This document shows, piece after piece, positions 52,480-62,496 of a stretch of DNA of 64,000 bases. A program made the position numbers and the translations under genes. The notes under the pieces were generated by a model that did not search any database, had not been told where the DNA came from, and saw nothing but the letters and a program-made list of their open reading frames with translations. Location: contig CAWHXW010000004.1 of assembly GCA_963833465.1 (NCBI GenBank), positions 310,366-374,365 on the forward strand, in the 5' to 3' direction. Source of the DNA: Ignavibacteriota bacterium. Its GTDB lineage: Bacteria > Bacteroidota > Ignavibacteria > UBA10030. Numbering within the stretch: position 1 is the first letter of the stretch; the number at the start of each line of letters is the position of its first letter.

Positions 52480-54831
52480 ATGGACAAACTGCTCTATGGA
52501 TATAATACCGAGGAGCGCATCGTCGCTGTACAACAGCTGAACGATCAGACAATCAGATTATTCAAACGAGTTGAAGGGAAGATTTTACATCAAGATGTAG
52601 AATTCTTCCCTTTCTTTTTTCTTTCCGATGAAACACTTATCAAAGACTTTCCTAAAAAGTTTTGGCTTAAGAAGCTTGCAGGAAATAATTTTTATCGCTA
52701 CATCGCCGCCTTTACACGATGGAGCGAGATGTGGGAGGCAGTACATTTTATTCTGCGTCAATATAATAAAAACCATCTGCCACACATTTCTTCTTATCAA
52801 GAATTTAAAGAAATTCTTGTGCGGGCAGACGCTGTACGCCAGTTTCTTCTTCAATCCGGCATTACATTATTCAAAGGAATGAAGTTTGAGGAAATTCTGC
52901 GGCTTCATGTGGATGTGCAATTCGTGCCGGCGATCAAAAAAAAACGAAATGGAAGAAATTCAGAGGAACAAATTCTTGTTATCTCGCTCGCTGATAGCGA
53001 AGGCAAGGAATATTCATTTAGTACTAATAAGCATAATGAGCAAACGGTTTTAAAGCGATGCATCAAGTGTATCAATGCAATAGATCCTGATATTATAGAA
53101 GGTTATGATTTATTTGGAACTATTTTACCGGCACTCAGCCGTGCCTGCGAGCGTTCACAAATTCAGTTTGCGATAGGCAGAGACGGCAGCGACATGCGAA
53201 CACCGACCGGATATGGTGCTGCTAACCCCGGAGAAAGTGAATGGTTTTCTTTTGATGTTTTCGGCAGACATCTCGTCGACCTGTTAGCATTGGGAGAAGC
53301 GGAAGTTGACGCTAAGAAAATTGAACAACCATTCACACTTATTTCATTAGCAAAGCATTTTGGAATTTTAATTGGAACGGAGAATCATATTAATGTACAA
53401 CGGATATTTGAGGAATGGAATCATCAACCGGATCATATCATTAATATATCTCTGCGTAATGTCCGTATTGCGCGTGATCTTTTCAACCATTTATCGCCGC
53501 CGTTATTTTATCTCGCACAAATGTGCCCATTCAACTATCGAATGTTGACACAACTTAGTGCAGTTTCGCGAATCGAATCTTTAATGTTGAGGGAATACGT
53601 CCGCCAAAGATATTCAATCCCCAGAGCAAATGATAATTCACGTTCAATGGCAATCCCATCGGAAATATTTAATATCGGCGTTTTTTCTGATGTCATGTTC
53701 GTTGAATTAGAAGGAGTCCATTCTTTCATTTTATTTCATCAGAACATTAAGCCAAAGACAGATGAATTAGATGTTTTTCTTTTACTACTTACCCACATTT
53801 CTGCAATGCAACGAGAGACTTCCGGTTCGATGGACAGTGAGACGCAACTATCACAAGATTCTGAATACAAATCGAAAGCATTTAAACGTCTTATTGATTC
53901 ATTTCATCTTTATCTCGGTTCAGCACGCGGATTGTTCAATGATCCTGAACAGGCCGGAGTTGTTCTAACCGAAAGCTTGAAAATTCTGAAAGAAATTAAA
54001 ACCCAGATTGAACTTTTCAATGCATCAATTATCCAATCTACCGGTGAGGGATTTTTTCTTATTCCTCCTAATAATATTGTCGGTAAGTCAAATCAGAAAT
54101 ATTTTATAGAACGTCTATCAAGCACATTGCCGGAAGAAATGAGGATTGTTTTAACAAATAGTTACAAACAAATGTTCAGCTACAGAAAAAATAATTACGC
54201 ATTACTGGATCAAAACAACAATGTCCTCATCAAAGGAAACAATCTTATCTCCCGCGGAATAGAACGTTTCCTTAGAGTATTTATTCAACGAATGATAGAG
54301 TGTATGATGACAAATGATTTCAAACGGATGCACCATGCATATGCTACAGCGCACACACAGGTTGTTCAGCATAAGTGGACTCCGGCGGATTTCTGTCGTA
54401 CTGATATTGTACGTATGGATACAGAAACTTACCAAAAGGAAATACTTTCCGGTCAACTAACATCATCGCCGGTAATGGAAGCTGTATTACGTTCAAGTCT
54501 CTTTGTCAAAGCGAATTCAAAGATCTCATATTATTTTACCGGTGATGATATAGGCACCGCGCTAATTCATTCTTCTCGTATAATTGATGAATGGGACCCG
54601 CTTCAGCCAGATGAAAATACGACTTATTACCTTGCGCGTTTACAGGAAGCTGTTGGCAAATTCAAGGAATTTTTTGATCCGGCATCATTTGAGCGAATTG
54701 TCACCTTAGATGAGATGTTTGCTTTTACCGACGAAGGAATCCATACCTTAAATCGAAAAATTGTGCCAGAAACAATAGATACAAAGCTTGAAACCGAGGA
54801 CTATGGCATCTGGCTGGCAGACAATGAGTAG
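52480..54831 (+). CDS. Family-B DNA polymerase (E. coli Pol II-like) homologue with degenerate catalytic motifs, predicted inactive
   Basis: 783 aa. Exo I LVISLADSEG vs LVSIDIETT. Exo II region DPDIIEGYDLFGTILPALSRACERSQIQFAIGRDGSDM vs [38 protein letters not shown]. Motif B-like KRLIDSFHLYLG. Motif A (…SDVMFVELEGVHSF, SLYPS lost) and motif C (IIQSTGEGFF in place of IYGDTDSTFV) lack the catalytic aspartates. Confidence 0.55.
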   Translation: MDKLLYGYNTEERIVAVQQLNDQTIRLFKRVEGKILHQDVEFFPFFFLSDETLIKDFPKKFWLKKLAGNNFYRYIAAFTRWSEMWEAVHFILRQYNKNHLPHISSYQEFKEILVRADAVRQFLLQSGITLFKGMKFEEILRLHVDVQFVPAIKKKRNGRNSEEQILVISLADSEGKEYSFSTNKHNEQTVLKRCIKCINAIDPDIIEGYDLFGTILPALSRACERSQIQFAIGRDGSDMRTPTGYGAANPGESEWFSFDVFGRHLVDLLALGEAEVDAKKIEQPFTLISLAKHFGILIGTENHINVQRIFEEWNHQPDHIINISLRNVRIARDLFNHLSPPLFYLAQMCPFNYRMLTQLSAVSRIESLMLREYVRQRYSIPRANDNSRSMAIPSEIFNIGVFSDVMFVELEGVHSFILFHQNIKPKTDELDVFLLLLTHISAMQRETSGSMDSETQLSQDSEYKSKAFKRLIDSFHLYLGSARGLFNDPEQAGVVLTESLKILKEIKTQIELFNASIIQSTGEGFFLIPPNNIVGKSNQKYFIERLSSTLPEEMRIVLTNSYKQMFSYRKNNYALLDQNNNVLIKGNNLISRGIERFLRVFIQRMIECMMTNDFKRMHHAYATAHTQVVQHKWTPADFCRTDIVRMDTETYQKEILSGQLTSSPVMEAVLRSSLFVKANSKISYYFTGDDIGTALIHSSRIIDEWDPLQPDENTTYYLARLQEAVGKFKEFFDPASFERIVTLDEMFAFTDEGIHTLNRKIVPETIDTKLETEDYGIWLADNE

Positions 54832-55086
54832 TCGGATAAAGTAAAAGACCACTTGCTAACACTTGCATTTTAATACACGAAATTGTAATATTTGTTTGTA
54901 GTTCACTGCACCGGTTTTGTCTTATCGTTATTTGTTTTAGCTGTCGCGTCGTACCATTATTAATTTGATTCTTTGGATCCGATGCATATAAGCTGAGCAA
55001 GATAGATGTAAGATGTTGAGTGCACTTCTTTCAATGAAAGACAAAATTGCGGTGTTATGTTAAATGCATCAAGGGGATGAACCCGT

Positions 55087-55290
55087 ATGGAACATGGTAC
55101 AGTAAAATGGTTCAATAATACAAAAGGATATGGCTTCATCAAACGGGAAAGTGGTGAAGACGTGTTTGTGCATTACAAGTCGATCAACGGAGACGGCTAC
55201 AAAACGCTTAATGAGGGCGACAAAGTAGAATTCGAAGTTGAACAAGGCCCCAAAGGATTGCAGGCGGTAAAAGTTTTAAAACCTGCTTAA
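55087..55290 (+). CDS. cspA: Cold-shock protein (CspA family)
   Basis: [18 protein letters not shown]…, with RNP1/RNP2 motifs. 67 aa. Confidence 0.95.
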   Translation: MEHGTVKWFNNTKGYGFIKRESGEDVFVHYKSINGDGYKTLNEGDKVEFEVEQGPKGLQAVKVLKPA

Positions 55291-55308
55291 GAAAGTTTCA
55301 AAAATTGC

Positions 55309-55341
55309 AAAACCCGTTGAGTTTTTCTAGACGGGTTTTTT
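55309..55341 (+). terminator. Rho-independent terminator of cspA
   Basis: AACCCGT…ACGGGTT hairpin followed by a T6 run. Confidence 0.7.
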
Positions 55342-55388
55342 ATTGTACTGAATCAAACCTTTTACGTCCAATATTTAGATTTTGCGAC

Positions 55389-55982
55389 TCACTTTGCGGA
55401 AAAAGCTTCCAGCTCGGCTGAAAATTTTTGCAAAGTTTCATAAAACCGTGCTAGCGGGAATCCGACAACATTATAAAAACATCCATTAACTCGTTCTACG
55501 AAGACAGCTCCATAGTCATCCTGAATTCCATAAGAACCTGCTTTATCCATTGGAGAACCGCTATCAACATATTCAGCAATCTCTTTCTCTGCCAATTTAC
55601 GAAAACGAACTTTCGTTTCTTCCACTCCTGACATATACTTTCCAGTTTCGACATCTTTCAATGCAAAGCCAGTAAAAACCGAATGTTCTCGCCCGCTTAA
55701 TAATCTCAACATCTGTTTGGCGTCATCCTTCGATTTCGGTTTTCCAAGCACATGATGATCGAGGACGACAATTGTGTCCGCTCCGATGACAATTCCTTTT
55801 CGCATGCGGGAGGCAACATCTGTTGCTTTTTCCAAAGCAATACGCTGAGCATTTTCTCCCGGACTTTGGTTAGGAGTAATTACTTCCGCTATTTGACTTG
55901 GAACAATACGGAACTTGATACCAATCTGCTTTAATAAATTTTTCCTACGCGGCGATTGAGATGCAAGAATTAAATTTTTCAT
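55389..55982 (-). CDS. maf: Maf-like nucleoside triphosphate pyrophosphatase
   Basis: N-terminus LILASQSPRRKNLL plus a conserved Maf core. Confidence 0.85.
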   Translation of the reverse strand: MKNLILASQSPRRKNLLKQIGIKFRIVPSQIAEVITPNQSPGENAQRIALEKATDVASRMRKGIVIGADTIVVLDHHVLGKPKSKDDAKQMLRLLSGREHSVFTGFALKDVETGKYMSGVEETKVRFRKLAEKEIAEYVDSGSPMDKAGSYGIQDDYGAVFVERVNGCFYNVVGFPLARFYETLQKFSAELEAFSAK

Positions 55983-56055
55983 ATTGCTGTCTAAAAACAA
56001 AAAAAGCGATGCATAACGATCGCTTGATAAAAGATTTTTATTTGATATTAGAAAT

Positions 56056-56463
56056 TCAGCGAAACATCGCTTTAATACTGCCCCAAGTACGTTTTGCAGC
56101 CGAACTTGTACTGCTATAGATGATACTTCTACTGCTGCTTGTCAGCGAATAGCCTGCACCTACCGCTTTTACTTTATAATAAAACAATTTATCTACCGTT
56201 TTAAATAAATCAGTTTTATCAACAAAATATAAAGTACCTTTTGGCGTATTACCGATATCGCTGAAAGTTCCATTGATATCGGTACTTCTATATATTTCAT
56301 AATGATCAACACTGTTGTCCTCGTCAAACGTCCAATTAATCAAAACGCCATCACTTTGTACAACAAGTCGAGTAATCTGTGGAGCGGATGTTTGAGCAAA
56401 CACCAAGCCGTTAGAAATTAATAGAAGAATAATGAAAAGTATATATCTTTGGCCTGCTTTCAT
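56056..56463 (-). CDS. Hypothetical secreted protein with Fn3-like fold
   Basis: Signal peptide; YEIYRS…GTFSDIG resembles a fibronectin type III strand pattern. Confidence 0.4.
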   Translation of the reverse strand: MKAGQRYILFIILLLISNGLVFAQTSAPQITRLVVQSDGVLINWTFDEDNSVDHYEIYRSTDINGTFSDIGNTPKGTLYFVDKTDLFKTVDKLFYYKVKAVGAGYSLTSSSRSIIYSSTSSAAKRTWGSIKAMFR

Positions 56464-56605
56464 GTGACTGCAATGTACTTTTTGGTTATGACTTTCGCAA
56501 GTACAGAATAATTAAATTTATTATCAAACCATTTTTTAGGTAAATTGACGCAGGTCACTAAATCCTTTTTTAACTGGTTAAAGAGTTAATTTTAATGCAA
56601 TTGTT

Positions 56606-57487
56606 TTAATTTGTACAAAAAATAACATCGGACAACTCTGATACTATCAAACCAGAAAGAATCAGCAATCCTCCAATTAATCCAATCATTCTTATTTGCT
56701 CACCAATGATAAAAAAAGCAAAAATTGCAGCGAATGGAGGTTCCATTGAATAGATAATGGCGCTTCGTGTAGGTGTTGTGTATTTCTGATATTTTGCCAT
56801 CACATATAACGCAATTACAGTCGGCATTATTGCTAAATATGAAAGATTCAACAGAAAGCCAGATGTAAGATTGAGGCGTGCAGTTTCTAAAAAAGGAATA
56901 GCTATTGCAGCAAGAATCGCTGTCAAAGCGAACTGTACAAAAGTCAGATGCGCCGGGTCATGGTTTCTACCATAGATTCCGAGATAAACCGTATATATGC
57001 TGAACAAAACAGCACATACAAGGGTCAGCGCATCGCCAATATTAAACTCTGATCCTTTAGGAGATGTTAATAGAAACAAGCCGATTGCGACCAGCACAAC
57101 ACCGATAATATTTCCCATCTTTGGCGGCCTGCGCTCGATAATGAGTTGAAAAATTGGAGTGAAAACAACCATAAGTCCATTGATGAATGCAGATTTTGAT
57201 GCAGTTGTAAATTTCAGTCCGATTGTTTGTAATGTAAAACCGAAAAAGAGCAGCAAACCAAGTACCAGACCATTAGCGATTCCGTCCTTCGAGATTGTCC
57301 GCAATCTTTGGAAAAAAAATACGGTATGCAGAAGCGATGCTACAAAAAAACGGATAGCAACATAGACGAAAGGAGAAGCATCAACTAGAATGAATTTAGT
57401 CAGAACAAACGTGCTGCCCCAAATAATCGTTAACGAAAGCAGATACGATTCTGCGCGTGTGCGAGATATCAGATGCACTCCATTCAC
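56606..57487 (-). CDS. EamA/DMT-superfamily transporter
   Basis: 10 TM segments in two EamA repeats. Confidence 0.7.
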   Translation of the reverse strand: MNGVHLISRTRAESYLLSLTIIWGSTFVLTKFILVDASPFVYVAIRFFVASLLHTVFFFQRLRTISKDGIANGLVLGLLLFFGFTLQTIGLKFTTASKSAFINGLMVVFTPIFQLIIERRPPKMGNIIGVVLVAIGLFLLTSPKGSEFNIGDALTLVCAVLFSIYTVYLGIYGRNHDPAHLTFVQFALTAILAAIAIPFLETARLNLTSGFLLNLSYLAIMPTVIALYVMAKYQKYTTPTRSAIIYSMEPPFAAIFAFFIIGEQIRMIGLIGGLLILSGLIVSELSDVIFCTN

Positions 57488-57493
57488 AGATTA

Positions 57494-58636
57494 TTATCCG
57501 ATTGGCGGGTATGAAGCGAAGAGTTGTCCCCATTGAGATTGTTTTAACCATTTCTTATATACAGGTTTATCAATCAACATCCATCTATAATAATCATGAT
57601 AGATTTCTGAACCAAGGATGAATAGATGGACGACAGGGGTTCGAAAAAAGAAGCTTTGTACTCGCTTTAAAGGGCCGTACCAAAAAATTGCTGCTGCGAC
57701 TTTTACAACATTCGTACCGACCGAAAAATTCCAATTCAAATCAGAAATATTATCTCCAACGACCTTTATTTCACGCGGATCACCGCAGCCCAATCCGCAT
57801 TGATGCGCAAGATTTATATATTTGATAGAAAGTGGATCAAATCCCATCATTTTTGCTGAGACGGAATCGATCGCCACTTGATCGGCGCTGGCAAGTATTA
57901 CATTTTTTTCTACAGGAATCATTGTGCGTGGTCCTGGTCCATTGCCGGCAGTTGTGCCATCCATGACAGCAAATACACCAGAGTGAATCTCCTTTTGTAT
58001 CGCCAACAAATCAACAAGTGTTTCATGAATCCACGAATGTGTGTAATGACGGTGTGTATTAAGCAATCCTCCAAATGCGTTTTTCATCGCTCCTGTAGTA
58101 GTTGCATGAATATGACATTTTACAGTAGGCAGGTGAAGAATGTTTTTGCCAAAGAAGTAATCCGGAATCCGAATGCCTTCCGGGAATATTTGATCGAGAA
58201 CTAGCATTGGCGACTTTGGCTTATACTCAATCCACTTCATATCACTATCTTTAAAATTAAGAAGAACCGGAATTTTATATTTTTTAACCAGCGGCTTGTA
58301 TTTATTCAGGTCTTCACCTTTGAAAGTATCCGTTACTACTGTTTTATTCTGCACGCACACTATATCGTTAAAACCGTTATTTTTCAAACTAAGAATGGAT
58401 CCTTCCAGTTGCCATGGTGTTGTATTTGCGCCGGGGAAAGGGAAATGCCATGAGAGGTTGTCTTTCAGAATTGTTGGTACACCAAGTTTCAACGTGTTCT
58501 TTATTTCAGCAAGTTCGACTGCGCGCTGAATATCTTCCAGAACTGTTTGCGGGGTGGTTTTCACAACAGCAACTTTTGGTATACTAGTCCGAAGATTATA
58601 GATTCTTTGCGGGCGTCTCGGTTCGGGCAATTTCAT
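57494..58636 (-). CDS. DUF362-domain protein
   Basis: 380 aa. Assigned from memory of the DUF362 family pattern, not from a defined motif. Moderate confidence. Confidence 0.4.
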   Translation of the reverse strand: MKLPEPRRPQRIYNLRTSIPKVAVVKTTPQTVLEDIQRAVELAEIKNTLKLGVPTILKDNLSWHFPFPGANTTPWQLEGSILSLKNNGFNDIVCVQNKTVVTDTFKGEDLNKYKPLVKKYKIPVLLNFKDSDMKWIEYKPKSPMLVLDQIFPEGIRIPDYFFGKNILHLPTVKCHIHATTTGAMKNAFGGLLNTHRHYTHSWIHETLVDLLAIQKEIHSGVFAVMDGTTAGNGPGPRTMIPVEKNVILASADQVAIDSVSAKMMGFDPLSIKYINLAHQCGLGCGDPREIKVVGDNISDLNWNFSVGTNVVKVAAAIFWYGPLKRVQSFFFRTPVVHLFILGSEIYHDYYRWMLIDKPVYKKWLKQSQWGQLFASYPPIG

Positions 58637-58657
58637 TTTAGAACATCCATTTAAAGT

Positions 58658-59542
58658 TTAGTGATAATAAATAATAAATACGCAAACAAGAAACCAAAGC
58701 AGAATGTTTATAACCAAAGGCATGTCGCTCAACAATAAGTGCATCGGATTATCGTCTATTTTCCTTCCTCGCATTAGATAGATATATCGAAAAATACCAA
58801 ACAATACAAACACTGTAGTGAAAATAAGATTTTCCGTCCCATAAATAGTCACCGTCCGTTCAGCGACTGTATAGAGTGCGTACGAAATTGCCATTCCAGA
58901 TGCCGCTACAGTCATAATTTGATCCAAGAACGCCACATCATACTGTTTCAATACCGGGCGCGAAGCGTAGGAATCTGTCACAGCACTAAGCATCAATTCG
59001 CCGCGTCTTTTAGAGACTGCAAGAAACACTGAAACGAAAAGTGTACATAATACTAACCAAGAAGAAATCACAACTTCTATGGCAAAAACACCAGCAAGAA
59101 CGCGAAGCATAAATCCTGCCGCAATGATAAACACATCCACTAAAACAACTTGCTTCAGCCGATAAGAATATGCTATGTTTAGTAACCCATACAAAGCTAT
59201 CACAAAGCAGAAATGCAAATTAAGAAATGGAATCAGGCTGACTATTAGTACAAACAAGATCAAAATAATTACAATAGCATCAAATGTACTTAAAGAGCCG
59301 GATGCGAGAGGACGATGTTTTTTTTGGGGATGAAGTCTATCTGCATCACGATCTGCAATATCGTTGATGATATACACAATACTGGAGACAATACAGAAAC
59401 CGGAGAAAGCAATCATTTCCTTCCAAAAGTACATCGCTTCGAATAGATGTTTCGAAAAAATAAGCGGTGCAAAGAGAAAAACATTTTTAAGCCATTGAGA
59501 AGGGCGCAACAATTCAGTTACGCCCTCAATTTTCTTTTTCAT
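58658..59542 (-). CDS. UbiA-family prenyltransferase, decaprenyl-phosphate phosphoribosyltransferase-like
   Basis: NDIADRDADRLHPQKKHRPLASG motif and 8-9 TM helices. Confidence 0.7.
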   Translation of the reverse strand: MKKKIEGVTELLRPSQWLKNVFLFAPLIFSKHLFEAMYFWKEMIAFSGFCIVSSIVYIINDIADRDADRLHPQKKHRPLASGSLSTFDAIVIILILFVLIVSLIPFLNLHFCFVIALYGLLNIAYSYRLKQVVLVDVFIIAAGFMLRVLAGVFAIEVVISSWLVLCTLFVSVFLAVSKRRGELMLSAVTDSYASRPVLKQYDVAFLDQIMTVAASGMAISYALYTVAERTVTIYGTENLIFTTVFVLFGIFRYIYLMRGRKIDDNPMHLLLSDMPLVINILLWFLVCVFIIYYH

Positions 59543-59602
59543 TGCACCTCTCTCCTTTATTTATTGAAAGGTGATGCACATTCATCGAGAAGACTATGCT
59601 TA

Positions 59603-61471
59603 TTATGTCCTCCCAAACCTTTTATCAAGTTCTTCTAGCGGAATTTTAACAATCACCGGCCTGCCATGTGGACAAACATACGGCACTTTAGTAAGAAATA
59701 AATGTTCGATCAGCACAACCATCTCTGTTGTATTCAATCTATCGCCCGATTTGATCGCTGCTTTGCACGCAAAAGATTTCGCCAGATTGTCTCGTACATC
59801 TTTCACGCCCATGTGCTCGTTGTTTTTGAATTCATCTAACACTTCCAGCAATATTTTTTTTTCTTTTCCAATGCGGACATCCGCCGGAATACCATCTATC
59901 ACAACCGTGTTTTTACCGAATAAACGCATGTCGAAGCCAAGCCGGACAAGGTCTGGCAATAATTCTTTTGCTAAGGAATAATCGCTTGCACCAAGGTCAA
60001 TGGTTTCCGGGAACAAAAGCTGCTGCGAAGACGGTAAAGTGTTCTCAAAATTCGCCATCACGCGTTCATAGAGAATTCGTTCATGCGCAGCGTGTTGATC
60101 AATAATCATCAATCCATTATGAATCTGTGAAATAATATATTTGTTATGTGCCTGCCAAATCGGTCTGCTTTCCGGTATCTGCGATTGATCTAACGCCGAT
60201 CTCTGCCCAAGTATATGATTGAGTGAAGACAAAGAAGAAGACCCGTCAAATGGCAACGGAGATTCAGAATTTGAAACAGAAGATTTTATATCATCAAGGC
60301 CAATAATATTAGATATTGTTTGTACTGATTGTTCGCCAAATCGAACGTTAGGGTGAAACGGAAACACTGGAGCGCCAGATTGATCAATAATTCCTTGTTT
60401 CCATGTTTGTTCGCTAAATTGAAACTTAGCGTCAAGCGGTGAAATTGCGTTTCCTTCACGAAACGACATGGATGGAATCAAATCGTTTGCCGCGAGCGCT
60501 TTCCGCACAACAGACAGAATAATGCGATAGACATTCGATTCATTTTCAAATTTCACCTCCATCTTTGATGGATGGACATTGACATCAATTTTCTTTGGAT
60601 CAATTGTAAGATTTAGAATAAAGAACGGAAACGATCCTTTCTCCAATAAATGTTCATACGCTTGAAAAACAGCATGGTTAATCATTCGGCTAAAAATAAA
60701 TCGTCTATTCAGAAAAACAAATTGTTCCACGCGGCTTTTGCGTGAAAAATTTGGTTTACCGAGGAATCCATTCACAGACATTAATTCATTGACGTCATCA
60801 AATTTGAACATAAAACTATATTGAGATTTACCAAATACTTCCGCTACGCGTCTTTCGATGTCTTGCGATTTCAGATCGAGCATAACTTCGTCGTCACTTG
60901 CATAAAACCATTCAATTTCAGGATATGCAAGTGCCATCCTGACAATTACATCGGTTATATTTTTTAGCTCCGTGTATTTTGTTTTTAGAAAATTTCGCCG
61001 CGCAGGAGTATTGTAAAATAAATTACGAACTGTAATGTTTGTCCCGCATTCCAGTGCCGACTTGGATTTCTGTTTTATCTCGCTGCCTTCGATCCTGATG
61101 TATGTTGCAAGATCATCAGAATCTGTTCGAGTTTTTAATTCCACTTGCGCAACTGCTGCTATAGAAGCAAGCGCTTCACCGCGAAATCCAAGCGTCCGGA
61201 TTTCTTCCAGATCGCTTGCAGAATGAATCTTGCTCGTAGCATGCCTTCGGAATGCGAGCGATGCATCTTGTTCCGACATTCCTTCACCATCATCCACTAC
61301 TTGGATTGATGCTTTACCAGCATCTCTGATTATTACGCTGATGCGCCTCGCATTGGCATCAAGTGAATTCTCAATTAATTCTTTGACAACAGCAGCAGGA
61401 CGCTGCACAACCTCACCAGCGGCAATTTTGTTGGATAATTCAGGCGATAATATGTGAATCTTATAAGACAC
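59603..61471 (-). CDS. mutL: DNA mismatch repair protein MutL
   Basis: N-terminal GHKL ATPase (IAAGEVVQRPAAVVKELIENSLDA), a DNA-binding region, and a C-terminal dimerisation domain. 622 aa. Confidence 0.9.
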   Translation of the reverse strand: MSYKIHILSPELSNKIAAGEVVQRPAAVVKELIENSLDANARRISVIIRDAGKASIQVVDDGEGMSEQDASLAFRRHATSKIHSASDLEEIRTLGFRGEALASIAAVAQVELKTRTDSDDLATYIRIEGSEIKQKSKSALECGTNITVRNLFYNTPARRNFLKTKYTELKNITDVIVRMALAYPEIEWFYASDDEVMLDLKSQDIERRVAEVFGKSQYSFMFKFDDVNELMSVNGFLGKPNFSRKSRVEQFVFLNRRFIFSRMINHAVFQAYEHLLEKGSFPFFILNLTIDPKKIDVNVHPSKMEVKFENESNVYRIILSVVRKALAANDLIPSMSFREGNAISPLDAKFQFSEQTWKQGIIDQSGAPVFPFHPNVRFGEQSVQTISNIIGLDDIKSSVSNSESPLPFDGSSSLSSLNHILGQRSALDQSQIPESRPIWQAHNKYIISQIHNGLMIIDQHAAHERILYERVMANFENTLPSSQQLLFPETIDLGASDYSLAKELLPDLVRLGFDMRLFGKNTVVIDGIPADVRIGKEKKILLEVLDEFKNNEHMGVKDVRDNLAKSFACKAAIKSGDRLNTTEMVVLIEHLFLTKVPYVCPHGRPVIVKIPLEELDKRFGRT

Positions 61472-61539
61472 TTATAATAATAAATGAAAATTTAAAATTG
61501 AAAACACAATTTCGATTTAAACTTAATTTCTTTCACTTC

Positions 61540-62494
61540 CTATTTTTCAATTTCATTCCCTTCAAACAAAGCATTTACAAATGTACGACGATCAAATATT
61601 TGAAGATCGTCTATTCTTTCGCCAACACCAATAAATTTTACAGGCATCTTCATCTCGTTGCTGATTGCAAATACGATTCCACCCTTCGCAGTACCATCAA
61701 GTTTTGTAATTACAAGTCCGGTCAGGTCAACGGCATTTGCAAAATGTCTCACTTGCTGCAAGCCATTTTGTCCAGTCGTGGCATCGAGAACTAACAACAC
61801 TTCATGCGGAGCGCCAGGCAGACACTTTGCCATCACTCGTTTGATTTTTTTTAACTCTTCCATCAAATTTGTTTTTGTATGCAGGCGCCCAGCCGTATCG
61901 ATTATAACTACATCGGCTTGCTTCGACAAGGCAGAATTGATTGTATCAAATGCTACCGATGCAGGATCCGCGCCATGTGATTGCTGTACAATATCCACAC
62001 CAGCACGTTCCGCCCAAATTTTCAGTTGCTCGTTCGCAGCAGCACGAAAAGTATCCGCCGCTCCGATTACAACTTTATGCCCTGCTTGACGAAACTTATA
62101 AGCCATCTTGCCGATAGTCGTTGTTTTGCCTACTCCATTTACTCCAACGACCATCACGACAAACGGCCTACACGATAAAGGTAATGGTGTCAAGGATGAC
62201 TCTTTTTCATTTTCGCTATGCAAGACCGTTTCCATTACTTCTTTTAATAAAGAAATAAGCCGAGATGTAGATTCGTACTTTTTCATCTTTTACACGGTGT
62301 TTTAAGCGAGACAAGATATTATCTGCTGTCTGGACTCCAACATCGCTTGCAATTAAAATATCTTCCAATTGATTTAACATTTCGTCGTCAATTGCACTCT
62401 TGGCTGCGGCAAGCTGTTGAACTTTACCAACAAATGAATCCCGCGTCTTTGAAAGTCCAGATTTGAGTTTGGAAAGTGTGTCTAAAATTCCCAT
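61540..62494 (-). CDS. ftsY: Signal-recognition-particle receptor FtsY; two ORFs (62216..62494 N-domain, 61540..62286 G-domain) separated by a 1-nt frameshift at 62271-62283
   Basis: N-domain helical bundle (…ILSRLKHRVKDEK) continues in the +1 frame as ESTSRLISLLKEVMETVL, then the G-domain (VGVNGVGKTTTIGKMA, DTAGR, TKLDG). Confidence 0.75.
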
Positions 62495-62496
62495 CG

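Noticed and set aside
54880-54895. Bacteroidetes-type -7 promoter motif (TAnnTTTG) upstream of cspA
   Set aside because: The candidate TAATATTTG has one base too many between TA and TTTG, so it does not fit the consensus cleanly. It was not called.
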